64,000 nt of DNA, taken from assembly GCA_041730535.1 (NCBI GenBank), contig JBGSBO010000001.1:19843-83842 (forward strand), read 5' to 3'. Both the position numbers and the translations under genes were made by a program. Position 1 is the first letter of the stretch, and every line of letters starts with the position of its first letter. Origin of the DNA: Minisyncoccia bacterium (GTDB taxonomy: Bacteria; Campylobacterota; Campylobacteria; Campylobacterales; Arcobacteraceae). Of this stretch, positions 40,121 to 51,628 are shown piece by piece. The notes beneath the pieces were generated by a model. The model made no database searches. It worked only from the letters and a program-made list of their open reading frames with translations, and was not told the DNA's origin.

Positions 40121-42012
40121 TCAAACAATCATTTCTATAGTTATTTCAACACCTTTATATTTTTTACCCTCATATTCAAACTCACAATTATTAATGTTAA
40201 AAGAACCATTCATATGTTTTACGATAATTTCTTCAGTCATATATAAACCAATTCCAGTGCCTTTAGCTTGATGTTTAGTTGTAAAATATGGTTCACAAAC
40301 TTTATCTATAATATCTTCGTTGATTCCACCTGCATTATCAGTTATTTTAATGATTAATTTATCGTTATCTTTTTTAGTAGAAATAAAAATTAATCTCGGT
40401 TTTTCCATATTTTCTAAAGCATCTTTTGCATTATTTAAAATATTTATTAAGGCTTGTACAAACTCATTTTCAAAACCGAATAATTTAAAATCATTTATTT
40501 CTTTGATAAAAATAATTTCAAGATTTTTAAATTGAGCATCGGTTAATTTGAAAACTTTTTCAAAAATATCTTTTACACTAAACAATGTTTCTTCCTTATC
40601 TGTTCTAAAAAAGTTTCTAAAATCTTCTATAGTATCAGATAAATATAAAGCTGAATTAGTTATGTTATCAATAGACTTATCAAAAGTTTCATCATCAAGT
40701 GAATCGAATTCTTTTTGTAACTTCATTCCTGTAGCAACAGTTGTTATAACCGAAAGAGGTTGTCTCCATTGGTGAGCGATATTTCCTAACATTTCTCCCA
40801 TTGCAGCCATTTTCGCCTGTTGAGATAAGATACGTTGTTGTTTATTATTTTTATCAATATAAGTATTAATTTCTCTTTTATAATTGGAAAATTTCTTTTC
40901 AAGTAATTTTGTAATATATAGTGAAATTAGTAATAAAAGAATAGTTAAAATAATTGCCATAGATATAATATTTATAACTTTTACATGAAATTTTATATTT
41001 AATTGCTCTGTTTTATCATTTATTATTTTATCTACGTAGGTGTGATAAAAACCTTTTCCAATGATCCAGTTCCAATTTGGTATATTTTTTATATAACTAG
41101 TTTTTATTAATGGGTCATTATTTTCATCATATTTATATTTATAAGAGATAAATTCTTGATTATTTTTTGTGGCTTCAACTATTTTAGTAAAGAGTTCTTT
41201 ATCTTCTTGTTTAGATAGTTCAATAAACGAAGAATCTTCCGTTCCGTCAACTCTTTTGAATAATCCTTCTTTTTTACCATAATCTAAAATAAAAAAATAG
41301 TCATTTTTATTTGTCTTAAATTTTGAGATATATTCCAAAACTTCTTTTTTTACACTATCTTCAAAATCAACAAAATATTCACCGGTTCCAATAAACCAAT
41401 CATAGGGTTTAAAATGAGCATTAAAACCAATTTTTTTGTATGAAGAATTTAATTCATTAGGTTTAGGATAATACCAAGTTAAAAAAGCTTCATCTTTATG
41501 TTGCAAACTATTTACTATTTCTCTTCCTAAAAACATACCATTTGAATCTTGAAAATCACGAACACTAGCACCTTCATTTTTTCGATTTATAGGTAGTAAA
41601 ATACACTCATAATCAAAGGTATAAATAAAAATATAACCTCTCCCGTCATTGAATCTAATATCAACTAAAGCATCTTTTATCATTTTTATTATTTCATTTT
41701 TGGTTTTTGTATCTTTATTTTCATTATAGATTCTATAAGATATATTATTAGCTTCATTAACTCTTTCTTTAATAGTTTTTCTGAGTTCTTCTTCTGTTGT
41801 CTCTTGGGTTCTTATAATAAAATTATATAGATTTTCAATAATTCTTTATTCTCTTTTGTATACTGATTTTCAATAGAAATACGCTCTTTTTTTAACTCAT
41901 GTTGTTTTTCTAAGTATAATAAAAAAGTAATAATAATTGAAATAGTTATGATAACTATTGGTGGAGTAAATTTAATAATATTTAATAATTGTTTTTCATT
42001 TTTGTAAATCAT
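40121..42012 (-). CDS. Cache-domain sensor histidine kinase; frameshift near 41840
   Basis: 41812..42012 supplies TM1, and the downstream frame (IENLYNFI...) joins 40121..41683 with Cache motifs (GYIFIY, WFIGTG), AHQWRQP and GTGIGL. Confidence 0.8.
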
Positions 42013-42124
42013 ATACTCTCTATTGTTCTTTTATTGTTAATTATTTTACCATAAAATAAATATTATTAAGATGATTAAAACCAATGAGCTAATATAATAA
42101 ATCATTAAAAAAGGGAGAGAGATT

Positions 42125-42829
42125 ATGTCAAAAAAAGTATTAATAACAGGTGGAAATAAAGGAATAGGTTTAGCTGTTTCAAGAGCGATGTTAGAGTTTG
42201 GATATGAAATAATAATAGTTGCAAGAGATTTTGATACATGCCCTTTGGTAGGTGTTGCTAATGTTACTTGTATTGAATATGATTTATCAAATGTTGATGG
42301 ACTTCCTGAGCTTGTTAAAGAAGTAGGAGATATTGATATATTAATTAATAACGCTGGATATATGCAACCTAAATATACTTATGATAACTACCCAAAAGAA
42401 GCCCGTGAACATATTATGAATGTGGATTTATATACTCCTGTTGAGTTGATGAATCTATTTAGTGTAGGTATGAAAAAAAGAAAATATGGAAGAATTGTAA
42501 ATACAGCATCAATCGCTGGACAAATTGGTCATCCTGATGTTTGGTATGGAATTGCAAAAGCAGGTCTTATAAATGCTACAAAAATCTATGGAAAAATGTT
42601 AGGTGCACATGGAATTACAGTAAATTGTGTTGCTCCAAGCCCAACTGAAACTGATATGCAAAAAGATAATAGTGAAGCTAGAAAAGCAGAGTTCAAAAAA
42701 ACAGTAGCAACCGGAAGATTTGCAACAGCTGAAGAGGTTGCAAAAGCAATAGTTTGGTTAGCAACTGATTGTCCTGAGTATATTAATGGAATTTGTTTAG
42801 ATATTAATAACTGTTCATATCCTAGATAA
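42125..42829 (+). CDS. Short-chain dehydrogenase/reductase
   Basis: TGGNKGIG, NNAG and YGIAK (YxxxK) motifs. Confidence 0.92.
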   Translation: MSKKVLITGGNKGIGLAVSRAMLEFGYEIIIVARDFDTCPLVGVANVTCIEYDLSNVDGLPELVKEVGDIDILINNAGYMQPKYTYDNYPKEAREHIMNVDLYTPVELMNLFSVGMKKRKYGRIVNTASIAGQIGHPDVWYGIAKAGLINATKIYGKMLGAHGITVNCVAPSPTETDMQKDNSEARKAEFKKTVATGRFATAEEVAKAIVWLATDCPEYINGICLDINNCSYPR

Positions 42830-42850
42830 TTAATTCTTTATTTTTATATT

Positions 42851-42879
42851 AAAGCAGTCTTTTTTAGGCTGCTTTTTTT
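42851..42879 (+). terminator. Intrinsic terminator
   Basis: AAAGCAGTCT...AGGCTGCTTT followed by a T-run. Confidence 0.75.
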
Positions 42880-42889
42880 AAGGCTTAAT

Positions 42890-42929
42890 TTAGAGCATTT
42901 GTTCTAAAATATTAGAACAAATGCTCTAA
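42890..42929. promoter_or_regulatory. Perfect 18-bp inverted repeat; probable tandem TetR operators
   Basis: TTAGAGCATTTGTTCTAA-aata-TTAGAACAAATGCTCTAA just upstream of the tetR-family gene. Confidence 0.75.
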
Positions 42930-42937
42930 GGTTAAAA

Positions 42938-43582
42938 ATGGCTACTACAAAAGAAAAAATCATAGAAACTTCTATTAAACTTTTTAATGAAAAAGGTTGT
43001 TTAAATACTTCTACAAGACACATCGCTGATGAACTTGGAATTAGTGTTGGCAATTTGTATTATCATTTTAAAAATAAAGAAGATATATTAATTGAGATTT
43101 TTATAAATTATGTAAATATAATTTTTAAAGAAATAAATGCAATAGATTATGAAAAAGATGAAATGTTTTTATTAAAAGATTTTTTACTAAATAATCTTGA
43201 GACAGATATTAAATATAGGTTTTTACGATTTGAACTAAATTTATTACTTATTAGCTTCCCAAAATTCAAAAATATTATGGAAGAGCAACTTCAAAATGAA
43301 ATTGAAATGTTAAAAAAACTTTTAAATCACCAAATCTTTTATGGTTATATAAGAACTATGGATGAAAATGAAATGAATTTTTTAGTTTCAAATTCTTGGA
43401 TTATAGCTATTAATAACTTATCCTATTGGAATTTATTATCAAATGATTTAATAGAAAATGCTAAAAAAGGTTCTTTAAATTTGTACTATTTTATTAAGCC
43501 TTATTTAACACAAAAAAGTTTAGCTGATGAGAGAATTAAAGATATAGAAAAACTTTTATTAAGGGATTATAATGAACTCTAA
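42938..43582 (+). CDS. TetR/AcrR family regulator
   Basis: LFNEKG...TSTRHIADELGISVGNLYYHFKNKE. Confidence 0.93.
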   Translation: MATTKEKIIETSIKLFNEKGCLNTSTRHIADELGISVGNLYYHFKNKEDILIEIFINYVNIIFKEINAIDYEKDEMFLLKDFLLNNLETDIKYRFLRFELNLLLISFPKFKNIMEEQLQNEIEMLKKLLNHQIFYGYIRTMDENEMNFLVSNSWIIAINNLSYWNLLSNDLIENAKKGSLNLYYFIKPYLTQKSLADERIKDIEKLLLRDYNEL

Positions 43583-45338
43583 AATCACTTTAATACTTTT
43601 CTTTTTATTTTTTTTAAATATTGCAAATGCACAAAACTATAGTTTAAATATACTTTTAGATAATCAATCAAATAAATACCTAGAATCAATCAAAAAAGAG
43701 ACACAATCTTTATTTTTAAGTACTGATAAAATAGATTATAAAGTTAATATTTGTAACAGTGATTGCGAAAAAATGATGCCTAATCAAGATTTTGTTTTAC
43801 TAAATCAAAATGAAAAATCAAATGAAAGAAAAAACTCATATATCATAACTTACAATTTTATATCAACAATTTATGATGAAAATAAAATAACAAGAGCTGC
43901 TGCCTTAGGGATTTTTGAGTATTTAAAAGAGAATAAAAAAACAAAATCACTTTATTTGGAAAACAAAAAAGAAGAGCTTTTTGAACAAAAAGAGTTAAAT
44001 TCAAATAATGAAAAGGCCCTTGAATTAAAAGATATTTTTTCATTGGCAACAAATAATAATCTTGATATTCAACAAAATAAAAATAACTCAAAAATAGATA
44101 AATTAAATATAGAAGATGCAAAAAGTGACTATAAACCTCAAATTGATTTTTATTCAAATTTAACACAAATAGATAAAGACCGAGCTACTTATAGCAATGG
44201 CTTATATTCGCAAGGGACATTTGAATCAGGAATTAAATTAAGCCAAGTTATTTATTCTGATAAAATATTAAAGAACATAGAAATAAAAAAACTACTTGAT
44301 CTTTCAAATACAAATAGCATTAAAGCCCAAAATGACGAGATCCTTTATAAAAGTTTACTTACATATTTAAATGTAATAAAAGCAAATAATTATAATCGTA
44401 TTATGAAAATCAAACAAAATTTTATTAAACAAAATTTAGAGTTTTCTAAACAAAGAGTTGAAATTGGTGTTCAAGATAGAAGTGATGTTTATAGATGGGA
44501 AAATGAGTTTGCAAATGTAAATATTGACTTAGCAAATTCACAAAAGCAGTTAAATTCTTTGAAAATTGAGTTAGGAAATTTACTTCAAATAGATGATAAA
44601 TTTTCTTTTGTAGAGTATGGAATGAACTCAGATATTTTTAAACTTTTAAATAATGATGCAATTAAATATATCTCAAATAAAAAAGTTCAAGAGCTATTTT
44701 TAAATGATATTATTTACACTCACTCAAGATTAAAACAGATTGATGAGTTAATAAATGTAAAAAATCAACAAGTAAAAATGGATAAAAACTCAAGATATTT
44801 ACCAACAATTGCTTTTGAAGCAAAAGCCAATAAAATCCTAGATAGATATGGCGCTGCTTCTAATGTTGATAGATATTGGGATGAAAATGAATATCAAGCT
44901 GTAATAAATCTTAGTTTACCACTTTATGAAGGTGGAAGTAAAAGTATAAGTATTGAAAAAAATGAACTTGAACTTGTGAATTTAAAGCTTCAATATAACA
45001 GCGTGAAAAGTTTGATAGAAAAAAATGTACAGCAAGATTACGATTCACTTTTAAAAGCCTATGAAAAAATATCTTATACAAAAACTTCTTTGGAGTTTTC
45101 AAAAAAGAATTATGATTTGATTCAAGATAAATACAAAAATGGAAAAGATAATATTATTTCTTTATTGGATGCTCAAAACTCTTATATTGTTTCAAAATTA
45201 AATGAAAATATCTCTATTATTGATTATTTGTATGACTTGTCATCAATATATTTTTTTAGTGGAAAGATCGATATTTTAATTGATGAAAATAAAAAAATAC
45301 AAATTGAAGAAAAAATACAAAATGCAATTAAAGGTTAA
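43572..45338 (+). CDS. TolC-family outer membrane efflux protein with N-terminal extension
   Basis: Signal peptide; two OEP repeats (YKPQID, YLPTIA, SLPLYEGG, LLDAQ). Confidence 0.85.
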   Translation: MNSKITLILFFLFFLNIANAQNYSLNILLDNQSNKYLESIKKETQSLFLSTDKIDYKVNICNSDCEKMMPNQDFVLLNQNEKSNERKNSYIITYNFISTIYDENKITRAAALGIFEYLKENKKTKSLYLENKKEELFEQKELNSNNEKALELKDIFSLATNNNLDIQQNKNNSKIDKLNIEDAKSDYKPQIDFYSNLTQIDKDRATYSNGLYSQGTFESGIKLSQVIYSDKILKNIEIKKLLDLSNTNSIKAQNDEILYKSLLTYLNVIKANNYNRIMKIKQNFIKQNLEFSKQRVEIGVQDRSDVYRWENEFANVNIDLANSQKQLNSLKIELGNLLQIDDKFSFVEYGMNSDIFKLLNNDAIKYISNKKVQELFLNDIIYTHSRLKQIDELINVKNQQVKMDKNSRYLPTIAFEAKANKILDRYGAASNVDRYWDENEYQAVINLSLPLYEGGSKSISIEKNELELVNLKLQYNSVKSLIEKNVQQDYDSLLKAYEKISYTKTSLEFSKKNYDLIQDKYKNGKDNIISLLDAQNSYIVSKLNENISIIDYLYDLSSIYFFSGKIDILIDENKKIQIEEKIQNAIKG

Positions 45339-45341
45339 TAA

Positions 45342-46451
45342 ATGAAGAAGTTTTTAAAAATAAATATATTAGTAGTTTTAACTTTACTTTTTACAGCTTG
45401 TGAAAAAAAAGATGAAGTAAAAGTTGAAGAAAATATCATTAAATCTGTATTTGTAATAAAACCTACTTTAAAAAATGAAAAGCAAAATAGAGTTTTTAAT
45501 GCAAGTGCTTCTTCAAATCATCAAATAAAATTAAGTTTTAAAGTACAAGGAAATCTAAACTATTTTAAAACACAAATTGGTGATGAAGTAAAAGCAGGAG
45601 AATTAATAGCAACTCTTGATTCAAAGCCTTATGAGTTAAAAGTTTCTCAAATAAAATATGCCCAAAGTGAAGCAAATGCAAGTTTACAAAATGCCAAAAG
45701 TATTTATGAAAGAACAAAAAAACTTTATATAAACCAAAATGCAAGTGTAAGTGATATTGATAATGCAAGAGCTATATTTGAAGCAACAAAAGCGAAACTT
45801 GAAAATATTTCAAAAGAGCTTGAATATGCCTCTTTACAAGAATCATATACAAAACTTTATGCTCCAATTAGTGGATATATATCTTCAAAATATGTAAATG
45901 AAAATGAAAACATAGCCCTAGGAACGCCAATTGTTTTAATAAGTGATAAATTAGTTGATGAAGTAAGAGTTCAAGTTCCCGATGTTTTTATAAATAAAAT
46001 CAAAAAAGATAACAGTGTAAAAGTTGTTTTTAACTCAATTGATGAAAAACCTTTTGAAGCAAAAATATCTGAAATATCAAAATACGCATCTCAAAATGAA
46101 AAAACATATTTAGTGGTTGTAAAACTAGATAATAGTTCAAAACTTATAAAATCTGGAATGTCTGCTGATGTTTATTTTGATTTGGAAGATAAAACTGAAA
46201 CTACTTTATATTTACTCCCTGCAAACTCGGTTTTAAAGGATAAAAATGGATATTTTGTTTATGTATTAAATAAACAAAATGATAAATATTTTGTAAAAAG
46301 AAAAGATGTAAAAGTGGCAAATCTTTTATCAAAAGGTTTTGAAATAACAGATGGTTTGAATGAAAATGATTTAGTTTTAAAAGCTGGAATGAGTGAAGTT
46401 TTTGAAAATATGCAAGTTGTAATTGCAAATGAAAAAGAGTTAGGTAATTAA
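45342..46451 (+). CDS. RND periplasmic adaptor (MFP) lipoprotein
   Basis: Lipobox FTAC, LSFKVQG, GDEVKAG, LYAPISG. Confidence 0.92.
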   Translation: MKKFLKINILVVLTLLFTACEKKDEVKVEENIIKSVFVIKPTLKNEKQNRVFNASASSNHQIKLSFKVQGNLNYFKTQIGDEVKAGELIATLDSKPYELKVSQIKYAQSEANASLQNAKSIYERTKKLYINQNASVSDIDNARAIFEATKAKLENISKELEYASLQESYTKLYAPISGYISSKYVNENENIALGTPIVLISDKLVDEVRVQVPDVFINKIKKDNSVKVVFNSIDEKPFEAKISEISKYASQNEKTYLVVVKLDNSSKLIKSGMSADVYFDLEDKTETTLYLLPANSVLKDKNGYFVYVLNKQNDKYFVKRKDVKVANLLSKGFEITDGLNENDLVLKAGMSEVFENMQVVIANEKELGN

Positions 46452-46452
46452 A

Positions 46453-49400
46453 ATGAATATAACTTCCTTTGCTTTAAAAAATGACAAGGTAACTATTGTT
46501 TTCTCATTATTACTTTTTATATATGGAATTATTGCTTTTTTAGATTTACCAAGAGCAAAAGACCCTGGATTTATCATACGAACAGCTACCGTTGTAACTC
46601 ATTTTCCAGGTGCTAGTGCTAAAAGAGTTGAGCAGTTAGTAAGTGATAAACTAGAAAAACGAATACAAGAAATGAGTGAAATTGATTTTATAAAATCAAC
46701 TTCAAAAAGTGGTGTATCTATCATTTTTGTAAATATTTTAGAAAAACATAAAAATATGCGACCAATTTGGGATTCTTTGCGAAGAAAAGTTGAAGATGGA
46801 GCAAGAGAACTTCCAAGTGGGACTTCAAACCCTATTGTGAATGATGAGTTTGGTGATGTTTATGGTTCAATGATTTCAATATCAGCAGATGGTTTAAGTC
46901 CAAAAGAGCTTGAAGATATTGCAAATGACACAAAAGATGTATTTTTAAGACTAAATGATGTTGCAAAAATTGAGATTTTAGGAATTCAACCACAAGTTGT
47001 TTATGTGGAGTTTGATAATTCTAAAATGGCTAGATTAAATCTAAGTGCTAGTTATTTAAAAAATATTTTAGAGAGTAAAAATATAGTTCTTTCAGGTGGA
47101 AGTATAAAAGTTGATACAAATAGATTATCCCTTGAACCCTCAGGAAATTATGAAAATAAAGAACAAATTGGAAATACAATTATTCCTTTAAATACGGGAG
47201 AAAAAATATATCTAAAAGATATAGCAAATATAAAATATGAGTACAAAAATCCAAGTTCATTTATAGTTCAAAAAGATGGCAAAGAGTCTTTACTTATATC
47301 AATATCAATGAAAAAAGATGGAGATATTATAAAATTAGGTGAGCAAATAGACGCTTTAATGAGCCAAGTCCAAGAAAAACTTCCTTTGGGTGTAAAACTT
47401 GATAGGATTTTTAATGAACCAAAAATAGTAGATAAAATTGTAGGAAATTTTGTAATAAATCTTTTTCAAGCTATGGCTTTGGTTGTGATTGTAATGCTTT
47501 TTTCTTTAGGATTACGAACGGGTCTTATTGTTGCTGTTTTAATTCCAATGTCTATTTTAACTTCATTCATTGTTATGTCTATATTTGATATTTGGCTTGA
47601 TCAAGTTTCCTTGGCTGCTCTTATTATTTCTTTAGGATTATTGGTTGATAGTGCTATTGTTATGAGTGAATCTATTATGGTTTTAATGCAAAGAGGGAAA
47701 AATGTCATTGAAGCTAGCATTCAAAGTGCCAATGAATTAAAAATCCCTCTTTTAACATCTGCACTTACAACATCAGCTGCTTTTTTACCAATATTTTTAG
47801 CAAAATCAAGCACTGGAGAATATACAAACTCTATTTTTAAAGTAGTAACAATTACGCTTTTATGTTCTTGGCTTTTAGCTCTTACTTTAACTCCTGTTTT
47901 AAGTAAATATTTTATGAAAAAAGATTTACAAAAAGAGCATAAAGAAACTATTTTTCAGGTTTTTTATCGGGCTTTCTTGAATTTTGTTTTAGGAAATAAA
48001 TCTATTACAATTATAGTTGTTGTTGTGATTTTTATAGCTTCTTTAAAACTATTAGATTATGTACCTAAAAAGTTTTTTCCACCTTCAAGTGAATCTACTT
48101 TTACAGTTGAAATAAATCTTCCTGTTGGAACTGCAATTGAAACTACAAAAGATAATGTTTCAAAAATAGAAAACTATATAAAAGAAAAATATATGTTACA
48201 AGAACAAAATAATGAAGTTTTGAATTTTGTTTCATTTATAGGTGAAAGTGCACCTAGATTTTGGTTATCTTATGAACAAGAGTTAGCAAGTGCTGAATAT
48301 AGTACTATTTTAATAAATACAAAAGATAACTCAAATATCACAAATATTAGAAAAGATATAGAGACTTTTGCAAAAACAAATTTTCCAGATATGCAAATTA
48401 ATGCAAAAACTTTAGCCATGGGACCTCCTGTTAAAAAACCAATAGAAATAAGAATTAGTGGAAAAGATACGGATAAACTTTTTGAATTAAGTGCAAAAGT
48501 AAAACAAGAATTAGCAAAAATTGAAGGGGTTAAAAATATAGTTGATGATTGGGGAATTCAAAATAAAAAACTATCAATTCAAATAGATGAAGCAAAAGCT
48601 TTAAAAGAAGGAATTACAAATCTTGATATTGCACTTTCCCTTCAAAGTAGCCTTAGTGGATTTGAAGTAACGATTTTTAGAAAAGATGATAAATTAATTC
48701 CTATAATTTTGCGTTCAAATGAAAATACAAAAGATGATATAAATAGATTAGAAACAATAAATGTTTATTCTCAAAGTAGTGGAAAAAATATTTCATTATC
48801 TCAAGTTGCAACTATTCAAGTGGTTTATGAAGAATCAAAAATCATAAGAAGAGATAGATTAAAAACAGTAACGGTGGGTTCTGATATAAAAGAAGATGCA
48901 AATGCCCTTGAAATTTTTGCAAGTATTAAACCATGGCTTGATGAGTATTCAAAATCTTTTGATTTGGGATATTATTATGAATTTGGTGGGGAGTTTGAAG
49001 TATCAGGAAAAGCAAATGATTCTATTGTTGTAAACCTTCCAATAGCTTTTATGGCAATACTTCTTATGATGGTTGCCCAGTTTAATTCACTACGAAAACC
49101 TTTGATTATTTTAACAGCAATTCCTTTGGGAATAATTGGGGTTTCTTTTGGTTTATTTATTACAAATTCATATTTTGGTTTTATGACACTTTTAGGAATT
49201 ATTTCACTTTCAGGAATTGTTATAAATAATGCAATTATTTTACTTGAAAGAATTAAAACAGAAGAAGAAAATGGTTTTAGCTCTTACGATGCTATTATTG
49301 AAGCTAGTCTAAGCAGATTCAGGCCAATAGTTCTAACAACTTTGACAACAGTTTTAGGTCTTGTTCCTTTATGGTACAGTGGTGGAGTTATGTGGGAACC

Positions 49401-49509
49401 TATGGCTATTTCAATTATCTTTGGTTTGATGATTTCAACTATATTTACTTTAGCTTTTGTACCTGTATTATATGCCTTGTTTTTTAAAGTAAGTAAAAAT
49501 AAAAAGTGA
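46453..49509 (+). CDS. RND efflux permease (AcrB/AcrD/AcrF family)
   Basis: 1018 aa; GLLVDSAIV, GIVINNAI and RFRPIVLTTLTT motifs. Confidence 0.95.
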   Translation: MNITSFALKNDKVTIVFSLLLFIYGIIAFLDLPRAKDPGFIIRTATVVTHFPGASAKRVEQLVSDKLEKRIQEMSEIDFIKSTSKSGVSIIFVNILEKHKNMRPIWDSLRRKVEDGARELPSGTSNPIVNDEFGDVYGSMISISADGLSPKELEDIANDTKDVFLRLNDVAKIEILGIQPQVVYVEFDNSKMARLNLSASYLKNILESKNIVLSGGSIKVDTNRLSLEPSGNYENKEQIGNTIIPLNTGEKIYLKDIANIKYEYKNPSSFIVQKDGKESLLISISMKKDGDIIKLGEQIDALMSQVQEKLPLGVKLDRIFNEPKIVDKIVGNFVINLFQAMALVVIVMLFSLGLRTGLIVAVLIPMSILTSFIVMSIFDIWLDQVSLAALIISLGLLVDSAIVMSESIMVLMQRGKNVIEASIQSANELKIPLLTSALTTSAAFLPIFLAKSSTGEYTNSIFKVVTITLLCSWLLALTLTPVLSKYFMKKDLQKEHKETIFQVFYRAFLNFVLGNKSITIIVVVVIFIASLKLLDYVPKKFFPPSSESTFTVEINLPVGTAIETTKDNVSKIENYIKEKYMLQEQNNEVLNFVSFIGESAPRFWLSYEQELASAEYSTILINTKDNSNITNIRKDIETFAKTNFPDMQINAKTLAMGPPVKKPIEIRISGKDTDKLFELSAKVKQELAKIEGVKNIVDDWGIQNKKLSIQIDEAKALKEGITNLDIALSLQSSLSGFEVTIFRKDDKLIPIILRSNENTKDDINRLETINVYSQSSGKNISLSQVATIQVVYEESKIIRRDRLKTVTVGSDIKEDANALEIFASIKPWLDEYSKSFDLGYYYEFGGEFEVSGKANDSIVVNLPIAFMAILLMMVAQFNSLRKPLIILTAIPLGIIGVSFGLFITNSYFGFMTLLGIISLSGIVINNAIILLERIKTEEENGFSSYDAIIEASLSRFRPIVLTTLTTVLGLVPLWYSGGVMWEPMAISIIFGLMISTIFTLAFVPVLYALFFKVSKNKK

Positions 49510-50679
49510 AATAATAAGTAGTAATATAAAAATATTTGAAAATAGTAATATGGCAAAAAATATAAGTGCCAATAAAATAGAACAATATCTTAAAAAGCCA
49601 TTTTCAAATATCACAATTGCAGTTATTAGCCCAATAATTGCATTTGCTATAAAAAATCCATCTGCAAAAGCTACAAGATTATCAAGTGTTAAAACTTCAA
49701 AATAAACTAAAATAAGTGTAATAATATAAATCATTGATAATAAGTTCAAAGCACCAATTGGTGTATTATTATTTAGGTGTTTTGAAGTGTAGTTTGTTAG
49801 TTTTAGGGATGATATAAGCCTTGCTACTCCGCCTACAAATAAAATCAAAGTTCCAATACACAAAATCAAAGAAATACTTGATAATATAAGATTTGAGTAT
49901 GATTTAAAAATAGGTTCAATTAGCCAAATTAACTTAAAACTCTCAAGAGCTTTTTTTTCAAAATCTCCAAATAAAATAGCAAGACAAATCAAAATATAAA
50001 CCAAAGAAACTACAATTGCAGAAAAAATAACAGCATTTGTTAGGGTTTTTGTTTCTTTTACTTCATTTGAATAATTTCCAATGACTTCCCATCCAACAAT
50101 TGCCCAAAAGGCCAATAAAAAAGAGTATCCAATTTGCGATAATTCTAAAGAGGGAATTACTAAAGAAAAACTATTTGTTTGAAGTAAAATATTTATACTT
50201 GAAATTAAAAATATTATAGTAATTGTTGAACTTACAATTAGCATTAATTTACCAATAAAATCAATTTTAAATAGTAATAAAGAGTAAGTAATTATATAAA
50301 TAAAAAAGCCTAAATTTACAACAGAAATATCAGGAAAATATGGTTTTATAAATTGACCTGCAATTAATAAAACAGCAACAGGCCCAAAAAATACAGCACA
50401 AATAAGATAAAAAGAGGTTAGTAGTTGATATTTTTTCCCTAAAGCCTCTTTTGTAGCAAGGGAAACTCCACCATCACCTGGAAACAAAATAGCTAATTTT
50501 CCAAATATTAGAGCAAAAATAAAACCTAAACTTAAAATCATAGCCCAGATTATAAGTGAATAATTTCCTATTTTATTATAAAGCATTGAAGGAAGTAAAA
50601 TAACACCTGAACCTAAAATTGGACCAATAATAAGCCCTGAAAGGGTAAATGTATTTAACTTTTTATTATTTTTATGCAA
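49468..50679 (-). CDS. APC family amino acid permease
   Basis: GPILGSGVILLP, FPGDGG and WAIVGWE motifs; multiple TMs. Confidence 0.85.
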   Translation of the reverse strand: MHKNNKKLNTFTLSGLIIGPILGSGVILLPSMLYNKIGNYSLIIWAMILSLGFIFALIFGKLAILFPGDGGVSLATKEALGKKYQLLTSFYLICAVFFGPVAVLLIAGQFIKPYFPDISVVNLGFFIYIITYSLLLFKIDFIGKLMLIVSSTITIIFLISSINILLQTNSFSLVIPSLELSQIGYSFLLAFWAIVGWEVIGNYSNEVKETKTLTNAVIFSAIVVSLVYILICLAILFGDFEKKALESFKLIWLIEPIFKSYSNLILSSISLILCIGTLILFVGGVARLISSLKLTNYTSKHLNNNTPIGALNLLSMIYIITLILVYFEVLTLDNLVAFADGFFIANAIIGLITAIVIFENGFLRYCSILLALIFFAILLFSNIFILLLIISLFIFTYFKKQGI

Positions 50680-51574
50680 GTTTTTCTTTCTTTTTAAATA
50701 TTTGAATATTGTTTAGTATTTTAACAGCAATTAAAGTCATGATTGTACCAAAAATAATCGAATAACTTATGTGCTCTTTTAAGAAAATAACACTTAAACT
50801 AATGGCAAAAAATGGAACTAAAAAGATAAATGAACTAACTTCATTTGTTCCTAATTTTTCAATTCCAATAAAATAAATTGAAGTTGCAAAAGTAGTTGAA
50901 ACAACAGCAACACATAAAATATTTGCCCAAAAAATCCAATCAAAACTAGCATAATTCATTTTTACAGGTTCAACAAAAAATATTAAAAGTAAAATAGTCA
51001 TAAAAACATACATATAAAATGAAAAAACTAAAGGTGAAGTTTTTGTTGATTTTGAAGAAATTATTGTGAATATTGGCCATAAAATAGATGCAGCTAAAAA
51101 ATATAAGTTATGTTCTGTAAATATTTCTTCAAATGAAAAAGTCCAAATATTTAAAATAGTTAAAACTCCAAACATTCCAAGAATTAGAGCAAAAATATCT
51201 TTTTTTTCAAGTTTTTTACTAAAAAACAAAGCCATTAAAATAAAAGTATTAATAGGAATTAATGTAGTAACCAAAGCACCTCCAAGACTTGCTGTTCCAA
51301 ACTTTACACCTAAAAAATAAAATTTTAAATACACAATCATAACAATCGCTGCTATAAAAGCCAAAATAAGACTTTTTGTATTTGAATAGAAATATTTTTT
51401 AGTGATTACTAAAATTGGAGCTAAGGTAATAATTGTAAAAAAGTTTCTTAAAAACATCATTTCATACTCATTTATATAAGAGCTTAAAACTTTTGCATTT
51501 ACCCAAGATGCACCCCATCCTGCCATGGCTAAAACCATCATAAAATAAAATATATTTTTATTTGCTAGTGTCAT
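50672..51574 (-). CDS. DMT/EamA family transporter
   Basis: 10-TM duplicated EamA pattern, WGASW. Confidence 0.88.
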   Translation of the reverse strand: MTLANKNIFYFMMVLAMAGWGASWVNAKVLSSYINEYEMMFLRNFFTIITLAPILVITKKYFYSNTKSLILAFIAAIVMIVYLKFYFLGVKFGTASLGGALVTTLIPINTFILMALFFSKKLEKKDIFALILGMFGVLTILNIWTFSFEEIFTEHNLYFLAASILWPIFTIISSKSTKTSPLVFSFYMYVFMTILLLIFFVEPVKMNYASFDWIFWANILCVAVVSTTFATSIYFIGIEKLGTNEVSSFIFLVPFFAISLSVIFLKEHISYSIIFGTIMTLIAVKILNNIQIFKKKEKLA

Positions 51575-51628
51575 TGTTATTCTTTTTGTAATTTTTATAG
51601 AACAATTGTATATAAAATAAGTAATTAA

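Noticed and set aside
49468-49509. 42-nt convergent overlap of the RND and APC gene ends
   Set aside because: Short tail-to-tail overlaps are common in compact AT-rich genomes, and nothing indicates a function.
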